From Candidatus Harrisonbacteria bacterium (GTDB lineage Bacteria > Patescibacteriota > Minisyncoccia > UBA6257 > 1-14-0-10-40-38): a stretch of 44,717 nucleotides of DNA. Numbering within the stretch: the stretch's first letter is position 1; the number at the start of each line of letters is the position of its first letter. The DNA lies in the NCBI GenBank assembly GCA_023245035.1, contig JAHFLD010000001.1, positions 149,285 to 194,001 on the forward strand, in the 5' to 3' direction. The notes under the pieces are model-generated. The model was not told where the DNA came from, did not search any database, and worked only from the letters and a program-made list of their open reading frames with translations. A program made the translations under genes and the position numbers. Shown one piece after another: positions 1 to 9,549 of this stretch.

Positions 1-510
1 TATGCCATGGGTCTCTACGAAATGGGAACGCATCTAGTCGATCTTTTCCGTTTTTTTCTCGGCGAAGTTGAATGGGTGATGGGGGTTCACAACAAGAAGG
101 CCTGGAATCAGTTTCCCGGCGACTACTGCGCGGATGCCATCCTTGGTTTCCAAGATGATGTTCACGCGGTGATTCAGTCGGTTGATCGCAAAAGCTGGAG
201 TACATTCGAAATCCAGTTCGTTGGGACTATTGGTACCCTGACGCTTCGTGACCTTGGACGCACCGCAGAAATTGTTTTAGCCGCAGATTCCAGACTCTAC
301 TCCGGCTTTCGCGAGTTGGACTACGCCACTCGCCACAGTGAAAGCGTGGAATCGGAAAGTTTTTTCACTCCGCTCTTAGAAAATGTCATCGCCTGTTTGG
401 ATGAAAAGGCCAAGCCGGCGAGTATCGGCGAAGACGGTGTCGCCGTTCTCACAGTCTTAGCCGCTCTTCGCCAGAGTGCCGAAGGCAACGGTGTTCGAGT
501 AGATCTGTAA
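1..510 (+). CDS. Gfo/Idh/MocA-family oxidoreductase, C-terminal fragment (5' end upstream of window)
   Basis: Frame 1 is open from nt 1 (YAMGLYEMGTHLVDLFRFFLG...). It is collinear by eye with the C-terminal halves of the complete paralogs at 3039-4037 and 4079-5086. Stop TAA at 508-510. Confidence 0.8.
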   Translation, partial: YAMGLYEMGTHLVDLFRFFLGEVEWVMGVHNKKAWNQFPGDYCADAILGFQDDVHAVIQSVDRKSWSTFEIQFVGTIGTLTLRDLGRTAEIVLAADSRLYSGFRELDYATRHSESVESESFFTPLLENVIACLDEKAKPASIGEDGVAVLTVLAALRQSAEGNGVRVDL

Positions 511-518
511 GTAAGACC

Positions 519-545
519 AGCCCCCGCTAGGCGGGGGCTTTTTTA
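519..545 (+). terminator. intrinsic terminator
   Basis: AGCCCCCGC / GCGGGGGCT form a 9-bp stem with a 3-nt loop, followed by a T-run (540-544). Confidence 0.8.
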
Positions 546-694
546 TTAGACCTCGCTCCACTATATATGTCCTTGTAAAACAAAAAGCCTTATGAGAGAG
601 TTATAATCCTGTAGCGGTAATTTTGCCGCTCCGCCAACTGTAAATTGGCGGTGAAAGAATTCTCGCACCTAAACAACTTAAAAAAGGGGATATC

Positions 695-2251
695 ATGTTT
701 CGCGTGCTAATGCTCTATCCGAATATCCGGATAGAAACACTGGTTCCGACCGCGCTCGCTCTATTCTCCAGAATTTTGAAAGACGCTGGTTTTGAAGTGA
801 ACTTGTTCGACACAACTTACTACGGGACCACAACTGAACTCGTTGATATCGACCGCGCCAAAAAGCAAAATTTGATCGTTCGCCCCTGTGACATCAAACA
901 CCCCATCAAAGCCACCGACGGGTTTGAAGACTTCGAGAAAAAAATCAGGGACTTCAATCCTGATCTGATCGCCGTAACCGCGACCGAAAGTATGTTTCCC
1001 ATGGCGCTCCGTTATCTGGAGCACGCGCCTCCGAATTTGCCCGTTCTTCTGGGTGGTGTGTTTGCCACTTTCGCTCCGGACCTGGCTATGTCCTTTCCAA
1101 GAATTGACATGCTTTGCGTGGGCGAAGGTGAGCGAGCGCTCGTTGAATTGTGCAACGCGATGAATTCCGGAAAAGACCGCACCAAGATTCCCGGCATTTG
1201 GGTCAAGGACCATGATGGACGAGTCATTCGGAATGCTCCCGGTGATCCGATAAATCCCGACGACAATCCGCTACCCGATCTTTCCATCTTCGAAGATACT
1301 CGCCACCTTCAACCGCGCGGCGGCAAGGTCTGGCGACTCTTTCAGGTGGAAACTCATCGGGGCTGTCCCTACAAGTGCACCTTCTGCAACTCGCCGGATC
1401 AAGACCGCCTCTACGAGGAGGCGACCGGTAAGCAATTTTTCCGCAAGAAGTCAATGTCGAAAATCCGCGAGGAGTTGCTTCACGTCATCAAGAATTGGGG
1501 CGCCAACTACATCGGTTTCTGGGCGGATACCTTCCTTGCCTGGACGACGCATGAATTTGATGCCTTCTGTGAAATGTATCAGGACATCAAGCTGCCCTTC
1601 TGGTGTCAGACTCGCCTGGAAACGTTGACGCGTGAAAACGTGCGTCGCCTCAAAGAGGCTGGCGTGCATCGCATGGATCTTGGTTTGGAGCATGGGAACG
1701 AGAAGTTTCGGCGCGAAGTCGTTGATCGTCGCTATCCCAATAGCATCGCCATCGAAAAGATAGCGCTTCTTGGTGAATTTAAGATTCCGCACACGCTGAA
1801 TAACATCATTGGTCTTCCCACAGAAACCCGGGAATTGGCCTGGGACACGATTGAACTTTGCCGGCAGATGCCGCTCGACACCGCTCGCGCTTCAATCTTC
1901 ATGCCTTATCACGGTACGAGGCTGCATGCGCTCGCGGTTCAAAAGGGCTACATTCCGGCAGATTTGATTTGCCCCATCAATCCCAACGAGCCCGTGCTCG
2001 ACATGCCTGGCTTCACCAAGGATCAGATCAAGGGTTTCCTGCGCACTTTCAACATGTATGTTCGATTCGAGAAAAATCGCTGGTCGGAAATCATGCAAGC
2101 CGAAAAGATGACCTCAACAGGCGACAGTATTTTTGAGCGCCTCCAGCAGGAGTTCAAGGATCGCTTCTACAGCGCCCCGGCGGATATGACCGACGACAAC
2201 TTGTCGAATCCCAACGGACCGGCAACAGTTCTCGCCGGCGGACTCAACTAG
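695..2251 (+). CDS. B12-binding-domain radical SAM enzyme (class B-like)
   Basis: CX3CX2C motif (HRGCPYKCTFCNS, nt 1364-1387) follows an approximately 200-aa N-terminal Rossmann-like region typical of cobalamin-binding radical SAM proteins. SD-like AAGGGGA lies 7 nt before the ATG. Confidence 0.8.
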   Translation: MFRVLMLYPNIRIETLVPTALALFSRILKDAGFEVNLFDTTYYGTTTELVDIDRAKKQNLIVRPCDIKHPIKATDGFEDFEKKIRDFNPDLIAVTATESMFPMALRYLEHAPPNLPVLLGGVFATFAPDLAMSFPRIDMLCVGEGERALVELCNAMNSGKDRTKIPGIWVKDHDGRVIRNAPGDPINPDDNPLPDLSIFEDTRHLQPRGGKVWRLFQVETHRGCPYKCTFCNSPDQDRLYEEATGKQFFRKKSMSKIREELLHVIKNWGANYIGFWADTFLAWTTHEFDAFCEMYQDIKLPFWCQTRLETLTRENVRRLKEAGVHRMDLGLEHGNEKFRREVVDRRYPNSIAIEKIALLGEFKIPHTLNNIIGLPTETRELAWDTIELCRQMPLDTARASIFMPYHGTRLHALAVQKGYIPADLICPINPNEPVLDMPGFTKDQIKGFLRTFNMYVRFEKNRWSEIMQAEKMTSTGDSIFERLQQEFKDRFYSAPADMTDDNLSNPNGPATVLAGGLN

Positions 2252-2256
2252 TGTCA

Positions 2257-2282
2257 ACACCCCCTTTCCCGGGGGTGTTTTT
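2257..2282 (+). terminator. intrinsic terminator
   Basis: ACACCCCC / GGGGGTGT form an 8-bp stem with a 6-nt loop, followed by TTTT. Confidence 0.7.
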
Positions 2283-2430
2283 ATCTGTGGGGTATAAAAA
2301 ACACTCGCGCTATTTCAAAAGAAAAAAGTAACAAAAATCAGAAAACTTATAGTTATAATTGGCAACCGAAAAGGACAAAAAACCTTTAGGTGGGTTCTTT
2401 GACACTAAGTTAAACCAGAAAGGAAAATTC

Positions 2431-3042
2431 ATGACAGCAACCAAAACAAGGTTCTTGAGAGGCGAACAATGTTTTCTACGGCCTGTGGAGGAATCCGATA
2501 TTGCAGTACTTGCCGAGTGGATGAACGACCCCGAGGTAACTCGCCTGATGTTCTCTGGTCAGGTTCCGCAAAGCATCGGACAAGTTCGCTCCGTGGTAGA
2601 TGGCATTCTTGGAAATTCCGCGAACGTCGTTTTTATGGTTTGTGGCCCAGCTAATCAATTGCCGATCGGTTTTGCGGGGCTCTACGACATCCACCCGCGA
2701 AGCCATCGCGCTGAATTCCGCATCATCATCGGTGAAAAAAAATCCTGGGGTCGGGGTGTGGGCACGGAAGTAACTCGCCTTCTGACCTTTTACGGTTTTG
2801 ATCGTTTGAATCTGCACCGCATTTGGCTCGGCTTTACGGCAGAAAATCGTGCCGCCCGCGGCGCTTATACCTCGGCCGGGTATCATGAAGAAGGTGTACT
2901 GAAAGACGACATCTATCGCAATAGCCGCTACTACGACACGGTGCGAATGGCTATCTTGCGGGAGCGTTATTATAAGCAATACTACCGCAAAGATATGATC
3001 GAGTTCGGCATCAAGCCGTCAACAAAAAGGCGTAAGCGATGA
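2431..3042 (+). CDS. GNAT-family N-acetyltransferase (RimJ/RimL-like)
   Basis: Contains FLRPVEESD...EW.NDPEV...F.I....WGRG.G motifs typical of GNAT. I chose the ATG at 2431 (GAAAGGAAA upstream) over the TTG at 2359 given in the track. The stop overlaps the next start (ATGA at 3039). Confidence 0.8.
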   Translation: MTATKTRFLRGEQCFLRPVEESDIAVLAEWMNDPEVTRLMFSGQVPQSIGQVRSVVDGILGNSANVVFMVCGPANQLPIGFAGLYDIHPRSHRAEFRIIIGEKKSWGRGVGTEVTRLLTFYGFDRLNLHRIWLGFTAENRAARGAYTSAGYHEEGVLKDDIYRNSRYYDTVRMAILRERYYKQYYRKDMIEFGIKPSTKRRKR

Positions 3043-4037
3043 GTTCCGAAAAATATCGCGCCGCGGTCATTGGCTGTGGACGAATTGGGCTCTCGCTCGC
3101 GGAAGACCGACGCCGTCCCAAACCGGCCTCGCATGCCGAAGCCTACAATCTTCATCCGCGAACCGAGCTGGTTGGATTAGTGGAAAAAAATCCTCTGCGC
3201 CAAGTCGTCGCCCGTCGTCTATTTCCCGGCGTTCCGATTTTTGAGACTAGCAATGAGTTGTTTGCTACCATGGTGCCAGATATTGTCTCCATCGCGACTT
3301 GGCACAATACGCACTACTCAGAAGTCTTACGGGCGGCTCAGGCTAGAGTACCGATCGTTATCTGCGAAAAACCACTGGCCATCTCGATCTGTGAAGGTCA
3401 GGAAATGATTGCGGCGTGCGCGGCCTCCGGGTCTTTGCTGTTCGTCAATCATAGTCGGCGCTTTGATCCGGTACTCGCTGGGATAAGACGCGATATCAAG
3501 AGTGGAAAACTAGGAAAAGTTTATCAGGTAACCGGTTGGTATGCCGGAGGAATCAAAAGCATTGGCACGCATCTGGTGGATTTTCTGATCTATCTTTTTG
3601 GCGATGCGATTGAGTGTTGGGGTCGGCGCAATCCCTTAACGCATTCTTCATCAACAGAAGATTTTGCGGTAGACGCGATGCTTGAATTCGAGGACGGTGT
3701 TCGCGCCTGTCTGCAATCGACAGACATCAGCCAATATGGTATTTTCGAGATCCGTTTGCTTGGCGAAAGAGGCGAGCTCTTCATTCGTGACTCGGGACGG
3801 ATCGTGGAGTTCACCGAAGTCAAGCCATCGCCAATCTATGACCGTTTTTCCGAGTTGTCTTACGCCGAAAGAACAACTATCCAAACAACTCCCGATGGAT
3901 TACTCTTTCACCTGATCCAAAATGCGGTTGATTGTTTAGATAAAACGGCCCCTCCGATCAGCACCGGGATGGATGCTCTAACTGCGCTTTGTCTGGTTGA
4001 ACGATTGTGCTCTGAAAATTACTGGCCAAGGAAGTAA
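3039..4037 (+). CDS. Gfo/Idh/MocA-family NAD(P)-dependent oxidoreductase
   Basis: N-terminal Rossmann motif AVIGCGRIG, EKP motif (ICEKPLA) and NHSRRFDP. Confidence 0.85.
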   Translation: MSSEKYRAAVIGCGRIGLSLAEDRRRPKPASHAEAYNLHPRTELVGLVEKNPLRQVVARRLFPGVPIFETSNELFATMVPDIVSIATWHNTHYSEVLRAAQARVPIVICEKPLAISICEGQEMIAACAASGSLLFVNHSRRFDPVLAGIRRDIKSGKLGKVYQVTGWYAGGIKSIGTHLVDFLIYLFGDAIECWGRRNPLTHSSSTEDFAVDAMLEFEDGVRACLQSTDISQYGIFEIRLLGERGELFIRDSGRIVEFTEVKPSPIYDRFSELSYAERTTIQTTPDGLLFHLIQNAVDCLDKTAPPISTGMDALTALCLVERLCSENYWPRK

Positions 4038-4062
4038 CCCCCGAAACTATTCGGGGGTTTTA
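4037..4062 (+). terminator. intrinsic terminator
   Basis: ACCCCCGA / TCGGGGGT form an 8-bp stem with a 6-nt loop, followed by TTTT. Confidence 0.7.
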
Positions 4063-4078
4063 TATGCGCTAAGAAAAA

Positions 4079-5086
4079 ATGACACCCTCAACAAAATACA
4101 CCTGCGCCGTGATTGGACTCGGTAAAATCGGGCTCTTGGCGGAAGTCAATTCGGGTTTAACCAAACCCACAACTCACGTCGGCGCCTTTTTAAAACACCC
4201 ACGACTCCAACTCGTCGGTTGTGTTGAGGCGAATCCAAAATCCCGAAACCAAGCAACTCAAAGACTTCCCGGAGTTCCAATTTATCAAAACACCATCGAC
4301 CTATTTCACGAAATTATTCCAGACATTGTCTCCATAGCTACTCCAGATGAAACTCATTACGCGATAACCCAAGAGGCCATCAAAGCCGGCGTCAAACTAA
4401 TCATCTGCGAAAAACCGATCGCCGAAAATACCGTGGATGCGGAAAAAATGATTCGCTTCGCTAAGCGCCAAAAGGTGATCCTGCTGGTAAACCATAGCCG
4501 TCGCTTTGATTCAGTCTTTCAGAGCATGGCGGAAAAAATCAAAAGCAATATTGGGGACATTCAAGCGGTTCGCGTTACCTACGTCAACGGTTTACGCAAC
4601 AATGGAAGCCACGTCGTTGATTTATTGCGCTGGTGGCTCGGCGATCCGATATGGGTCTGTGCCTGGTTGAAGGAGGAAGTGTCAGCCTCGCATCGAGGTG
4701 ATCTAAATGTGGACGCCGTGTTGGAGTTTCCGTCCGGCATTCGCGCCGTACTCCAAGCTCTTGAAAAAAATAATTATTATTCATTTACCCAGGAAATTTA
4801 CGGCACTCAAGGAGTCTATTTCATTAAAGCACTCGGGCACGATATTCGTTTATCGCGTGTCATGTCAGGAATCCATAGTAGTTGGCCCGAACTTGAACTC
4901 GATCCCAAAAAAATACCGGCAAGCAGAAAAACTTTCTTCGAATCAATGGCCGAACACGCGGTTCAATGTCTCGATGGAAAAGAACAGCCTCGCGCTACTG
5001 GCGAGGATGGGCTTGCTACGGTACGAATTATTGAAGCACTTCTAAATAGTGCTCGCCGCGGTGGAAAAAAAATCATACTAAAATAA
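4079..5086 (+). CDS. Gfo/Idh/MocA-family NAD(P)-dependent oxidoreductase (paralog)
   Basis: Contains AVIGLGKIG, ICEKPIA and NHSRRFDS. It is collinear with 3039-4037. Confidence 0.85.
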   Translation: MTPSTKYTCAVIGLGKIGLLAEVNSGLTKPTTHVGAFLKHPRLQLVGCVEANPKSRNQATQRLPGVPIYQNTIDLFHEIIPDIVSIATPDETHYAITQEAIKAGVKLIICEKPIAENTVDAEKMIRFAKRQKVILLVNHSRRFDSVFQSMAEKIKSNIGDIQAVRVTYVNGLRNNGSHVVDLLRWWLGDPIWVCAWLKEEVSASHRGDLNVDAVLEFPSGIRAVLQALEKNNYYSFTQEIYGTQGVYFIKALGHDIRLSRVMSGIHSSWPELELDPKKIPASRKTFFESMAEHAVQCLDGKEQPRATGEDGLATVRIIEALLNSARRGGKKIILK

Positions 5087-5091
5087 AATTT

Positions 5092-6951
5092 ATGTGTGGG
5101 ATCACTGGCATTATTAATCTCAAAAATAAACCCGTTAAAACAGCGACTCTCCGGCGTATGACCTCATCGATTGCGCACCGTGGGCCCAACGGCGAAGGTC
5201 TATATATCGAAAAAAATATCGGCCTGGGACACCGCCGATTATCTATTATTGATTTGAGCGAGCGGGGAAGTCAACCAATGTGGAATAAGAAAAAAAATTT
5301 AGTCATCACCTTTAATGGAGAAATTTACAATTATCTTGAGCTAAAAAAAGAGATTGGCGGAAAATATGAAAGCGATTCCGACACCGAAGTTTTACTTCGC
5401 GCCTACGAGACCTGGGGTGAAGACTGCCTCCAAAAATTAAACGGTATTTTCGCCTTCGCGATCTGGGACGAGAAAAATCAGAAACTTTTCATCGCCCGAG
5501 ATCACTTGGGCGTGAAACCTCTCTATTATGCGATCCATAAAGATGTCCTCTATTTCGCCTCCGAAATCAAGGCGATTCTCAAAGCCGGCGTTCCGGCCAA
5601 ACCCAATGATCATATTATCCACGACTACCTCGTTTATGGATTTTACGATCACAGCGAGGAAACTTTTTTTGAGGGTATAAAACAAATCATGCCCGGGCAT
5701 TTCCTTGCGGTTAAAAAAGGAATTACCTCGCTCCATGAATATTGGAAACTGGCAGAACGAGTCAAGGCCTTAACCCCGCCCAAACCGGAAGACGCCCCGG
5801 CGATTTTTCTCAATTTATTAAAAGATGCTGTAAAAATCCAACTGCGCAGTGACGTGCCTATAGGCTTAAGCGTCTCCGGTGGCCTTGATTCCTCAATGCT
5901 CACCGCTGTCGTACATGATATCGCAAAAGGTCAAAAAAATTTCGATATTTTCCACTTTACCTACGAGGGGCAGGGGTATGAGTCCGAAATACCCTCAGTC
6001 AGTGAACTAGCCGCGCGTCTTGGTTGGCGAAGACCGATTATCTCTGAAATTGCCCCGAAAGACATCCCCGCGCTCGCGGATAAAATTATGTGGCACGAAG
6101 AACAGCCCTATCCAGGACTGCCGACTTTTGCCTGGCATAAGCTCTATTCTGATCTCTCAAAAACCAAGAATATCGTGACTCTAGAGGGTCATGGCGGCGA
6201 CGAAATTATGGCCGGATACGATTATTTTATCGGCAGCTTTTTGCTGGATGTTATCAGAACCAAGGGTGCCAAAGAAATGTTAAGCGAATACGGCAAAATC
6301 GCCGCTGTTCGTGGTTTAAAACCCGAGGCCCTGTTACCATTTTTTGTGAACACTATTGAAGCCACTTTTACTGGTGGTGTGTCGGCGGATGGTAGTCAGT
6401 TTTCATATAAGCAAGCGCTTAATCAGAAATTTCTAGCCAAGAATTTTCCCCAACCAATTTTCCCCGAACCGTTCGATTCGTATCTTACGAACATGCAATA
6501 TCGCGAGTTGAAATACACTAAACTCCCGCGTGCATTGCGGAGTGTTGATCGGGAATCAATGGCCTTTGGTCGGGAGTTGCGAGTTCCAATTCTTGATTAT
6601 CGCTTGGTTGAATTTGCGCTGTCGCTGCCGCCCGAAGCCAAAATTCACGGCGGTCATTTGAGATATGCCATGCGCGAGGCCGCTAAAAAAATTATTCCAA
6701 AAACACTTGCCGAAACGCCTAAGCGTTCTCTGCCCAACCCCATGCGAGCTTGGTTTCAAGACGAGCTTAAAACATGGCTTCGCGGAATCTTAGCGTCAAA
6801 ATCCTTTGGTGCTCGTCCCTATTTTGACCAAAAAAAAGTTCTCCAAGAATTTGACCGCTATTGCTTCGAGAAGAACCCCCAAAACGCCTTTCATATCTGG
6901 CAGTGGGTCAGTATTGAATTATGGTTCCGAAATTTTATTGATAAAAAATAG
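5092..6951 (+). CDS. asparagine synthase-family glutamine amidotransferase (AsnB-like, glycan-locus type)
   Basis: N-terminal MCGI nucleophile (Ntn amidotransferase), a GH..LSI.D region, and PP-loop SGGLDSS. Confidence 0.85.
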   Translation: MCGITGIINLKNKPVKTATLRRMTSSIAHRGPNGEGLYIEKNIGLGHRRLSIIDLSERGSQPMWNKKKNLVITFNGEIYNYLELKKEIGGKYESDSDTEVLLRAYETWGEDCLQKLNGIFAFAIWDEKNQKLFIARDHLGVKPLYYAIHKDVLYFASEIKAILKAGVPAKPNDHIIHDYLVYGFYDHSEETFFEGIKQIMPGHFLAVKKGITSLHEYWKLAERVKALTPPKPEDAPAIFLNLLKDAVKIQLRSDVPIGLSVSGGLDSSMLTAVVHDIAKGQKNFDIFHFTYEGQGYESEIPSVSELAARLGWRRPIISEIAPKDIPALADKIMWHEEQPYPGLPTFAWHKLYSDLSKTKNIVTLEGHGGDEIMAGYDYFIGSFLLDVIRTKGAKEMLSEYGKIAAVRGLKPEALLPFFVNTIEATFTGGVSADGSQFSYKQALNQKFLAKNFPQPIFPEPFDSYLTNMQYRELKYTKLPRALRSVDRESMAFGRELRVPILDYRLVEFALSLPPEAKIHGGHLRYAMREAAKKIIPKTLAETPKRSLPNPMRAWFQDELKTWLRGILASKSFGARPYFDQKKVLQEFDRYCFEKNPQNAFHIWQWVSIELWFRNFIDKK

Positions 6952-6955
6952 ATCT

Positions 6956-8308
6956 ATGAAATCCCAGAGTATTTTTTTTGTTGTGGCAACTATGGCCAAA
7001 GTAAACTTCATCCTCCGAAGCGGACTTCTGGAGCTATTACAAAAAAGAGGATATCAAATCGTCGTCGTTTCGCCATTCTCGGATGAGCCGTGGTTTAAGC
7101 AGGAATTCGGTGCCAAAGGATTCTATCTAGAAAAATTTTATTCCAAAGGACGGATGTCGAGGATTATTAACAATCTCCGCGGGGAAGCTCTTAAAATTCA
7201 ACACCCAGAACTCCAGCAAACCGCAAAAATCTATGCCTATCTGAAAAGGCGATATCTTAGCCAAAAAGCTGAAAAAAACATTGAACGGACCAAGATTTTT
7301 TTGCGTCTTATTCCCGAGCGACTCCGAGGTTCACCGGTTTGGTGGGATAGTGTTGAACGCCTACTGATTCATCGCCGCGCCTATCGTAAGTTATTCAAAA
7401 AGTATCAGCCAAAAGCTGCGGTGGTTGAAGATCCTGGTACCGATCTATCAATTTATTGCGCTCGCAATCGAGTACCAGTGGTGTTTGTCGATCTTAATTT
7501 AGACGCCTTTACAACGCGTTTTATTTCTCATTTTCGTCCGCTGGCCGCTATTGGGGTTACCAGTAAAATTATGCGGGAAGAAGTCCGCTCCTTTCATCAG
7601 TTAGCCGAAAATAAAATTGCTGTTACCGGCATGCTTCGGACTGATTTTTATTTTAAAAACTTTAAACCTATTTCCCGGGAGGATTTTTTCAAAACAATTG
7701 GCGCTGATCCGCGAAAAAAACTGGTTACCTTTGGCGCTAAAACTCCACTATTATTTCCACACAATGGAGATATTATCAGGGATCTCATAAACGCCGCCCG
7801 CGAAAACCGATTCGGCGTACCGGTGCAGATTTTTGTCCGCTTCGATCCTAATCATGACCCAGCGGACTATCCAGAACTTTTACCCCACTTATTGTTTGAA
7901 CGCTCCGAAGAAAAGCCTCACCGTGAGCACATAGCTAATCTGCTATATCACAGCGATGTGGTTATAAGCGTGAGTTCCTCGTTTTCCAATGAGGCTTGTC
8001 TCGTGAATACTCCTACCATGTGGATTGGTTTTGATGGGGATACTAGGTATGAGAAATATGAAGATTCCTATCGAATAAGTTATGATATTCCGATGATTCA
8101 GCGACTACTTAAAACCAAGGGCATTCCATTGGTCGAGTCCAAAGATGAGATGCTTGGCTTAGTTAAAGAATACCTGACCGATAGCTCAATCCACTCCGAA
8201 GAGCGTCAAAATTTCATCAAACAGGAATATGAGGTGATTGATGGATCTGTCGCCGAGCGCACCGCCCGTCTTATTGAAAAAGTAATTCATGAAAAAGATT
8301 CTAGCTAA
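6956..8308 (+). CDS. hypothetical surface-carbohydrate biosynthesis protein, GT-B-like fold suspected
   Basis: Start taken at ATG 6956, 5 nt after the asnB-like stop. The upstream part of track ORF 6806 overlaps asnB. The C-terminal HSDVVISVSSSFSNEACLVNTPTMWI resembles the GT-B/TagF-type donor-binding half. No firm family call. Confidence 0.5.
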   Translation: MKSQSIFFVVATMAKVNFILRSGLLELLQKRGYQIVVVSPFSDEPWFKQEFGAKGFYLEKFYSKGRMSRIINNLRGEALKIQHPELQQTAKIYAYLKRRYLSQKAEKNIERTKIFLRLIPERLRGSPVWWDSVERLLIHRRAYRKLFKKYQPKAAVVEDPGTDLSIYCARNRVPVVFVDLNLDAFTTRFISHFRPLAAIGVTSKIMREEVRSFHQLAENKIAVTGMLRTDFYFKNFKPISREDFFKTIGADPRKKLVTFGAKTPLLFPHNGDIIRDLINAARENRFGVPVQIFVRFDPNHDPADYPELLPHLLFERSEEKPHREHIANLLYHSDVVISVSSSFSNEACLVNTPTMWIGFDGDTRYEKYEDSYRISYDIPMIQRLLKTKGIPLVESKDEMLGLVKEYLTDSSIHSEERQNFIKQEYEVIDGSVAERTARLIEKVIHEKDSS

Positions 8309-9536
8309 ACTCGAGGTCATCTTAAAAGTTGATCTCCGCTACATTCTCAAAAATGGTCTCTGGCTCACATTGGATGATGTGATTTCTGTGGTGGTGAGTA
8401 CTATTCTCACCATTATTTTTGCCAACACCGTTTCCAAAGAAGTTTACGGGAGTTACCGCTATATTCTTTCCGTGTTTGGAATCTTGACCATCGCCACCCT
8501 CCCTAATATGAATATTGCCCTTGCCTCTTCGGTTGCTCGAGGTGAGGAGGGGATTATCCATCAAGCGCTTCGTACTAGAATTCGGTGGGGTCTGCTTGGT
8601 GCCGTTGCAAGTCTTGCGTTTGGCGGGTATCAATTATTTCTGGGCCGGACCGAACTCGGCATCGCTTTTTTTGTGACCGCCATTTTCTTGCCCGTCATGG
8701 ATTCACTAAACCTCTATGATGGCTTCCTGCGAGGCAAGAAGTTATTCAATCTTCAGTCGCAATATTCCATTGCGGCTCGGCTTATTTCTACCGGAGCTTT
8801 GATTTTCACGCTCTTTTACACTAAAAATCTTATTGCCATCCTTTTTGCTTTTTTTCTGCCCTATGTTCTCACTCGACTTTTTTTCTATCAACGTACCCTA
8901 AAAAAAAATCCCTCGGTGCCGAGCAATGGATCTTCGGAAACAATTACTTATGGCAAACACTTAAGCTTATTGCAACTTTTGGGAGTTCTCGTAAATTATT
9001 TAGACAACCTCCTTATTTTCCATTATCTGGGAGCCGCGCCGCTCGCGATCTATTCCATCGCCATGGCGCCGATTAAAAAAATTCAACAAGCTTTTTCAGT
9101 TTTGCCAGATCTGGCCCTGCCAAAATTTTCCGCGAGAACCATAGCCGAAACCAAACAAAAATTGCCCGCGCAAATCATCCGTGGACTAATAGCTGTTGGC
9201 GTGGTCATCATTGCTTATGTATTACTCGCTCCCGTATTATTTGATTTATTTTTCTCAAAGTATCGCGATGCCTTGCCGTATACTCGCTTGCTGACACTGG
9301 CCTGGGTCGGCCTCCCGTTTAGTCTCATCTACACCCTCTTTCAAGCTCATGCCAAGAAAAAAGAAATTTATCTCTACAATCTGATTCTTCGGTTGGGACA
9401 GTTGATATTGATTATTTGGTTGGTCGCGAGTTACGGCATCTATGGAGCGGTTCTCGCCCGAATACTCTTGCAGGCCATCTCAATACCACTATTCTTCTAT
9501 CTTTTCAAGAAAATAAAAGACACTAAAAAAACTTAG
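8289..9536 (+). CDS. oligosaccharide flippase (MOP/Wzx-like) membrane protein
   Basis: About 12 hydrophobic segments, located in a glycan locus, with a 20-nt overlap with the preceding gene. Confidence 0.7.
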   Translation: MKKILAKLEVILKVDLRYILKNGLWLTLDDVISVVVSTILTIIFANTVSKEVYGSYRYILSVFGILTIATLPNMNIALASSVARGEEGIIHQALRTRIRWGLLGAVASLAFGGYQLFLGRTELGIAFFVTAIFLPVMDSLNLYDGFLRGKKLFNLQSQYSIAARLISTGALIFTLFYTKNLIAILFAFFLPYVLTRLFFYQRTLKKNPSVPSNGSSETITYGKHLSLLQLLGVLVNYLDNLLIFHYLGAAPLAIYSIAMAPIKKIQQAFSVLPDLALPKFSARTIAETKQKLPAQIIRGLIAVGVVIIAYVLLAPVLFDLFFSKYRDALPYTRLLTLAWVGLPFSLIYTLFQAHAKKKEIYLYNLILRLGQLILIIWLVASYGIYGAVLARILLQAISIPLFFYLFKKIKDTKKT

Positions 9537-9549
9537 TCAGTCCGACATT

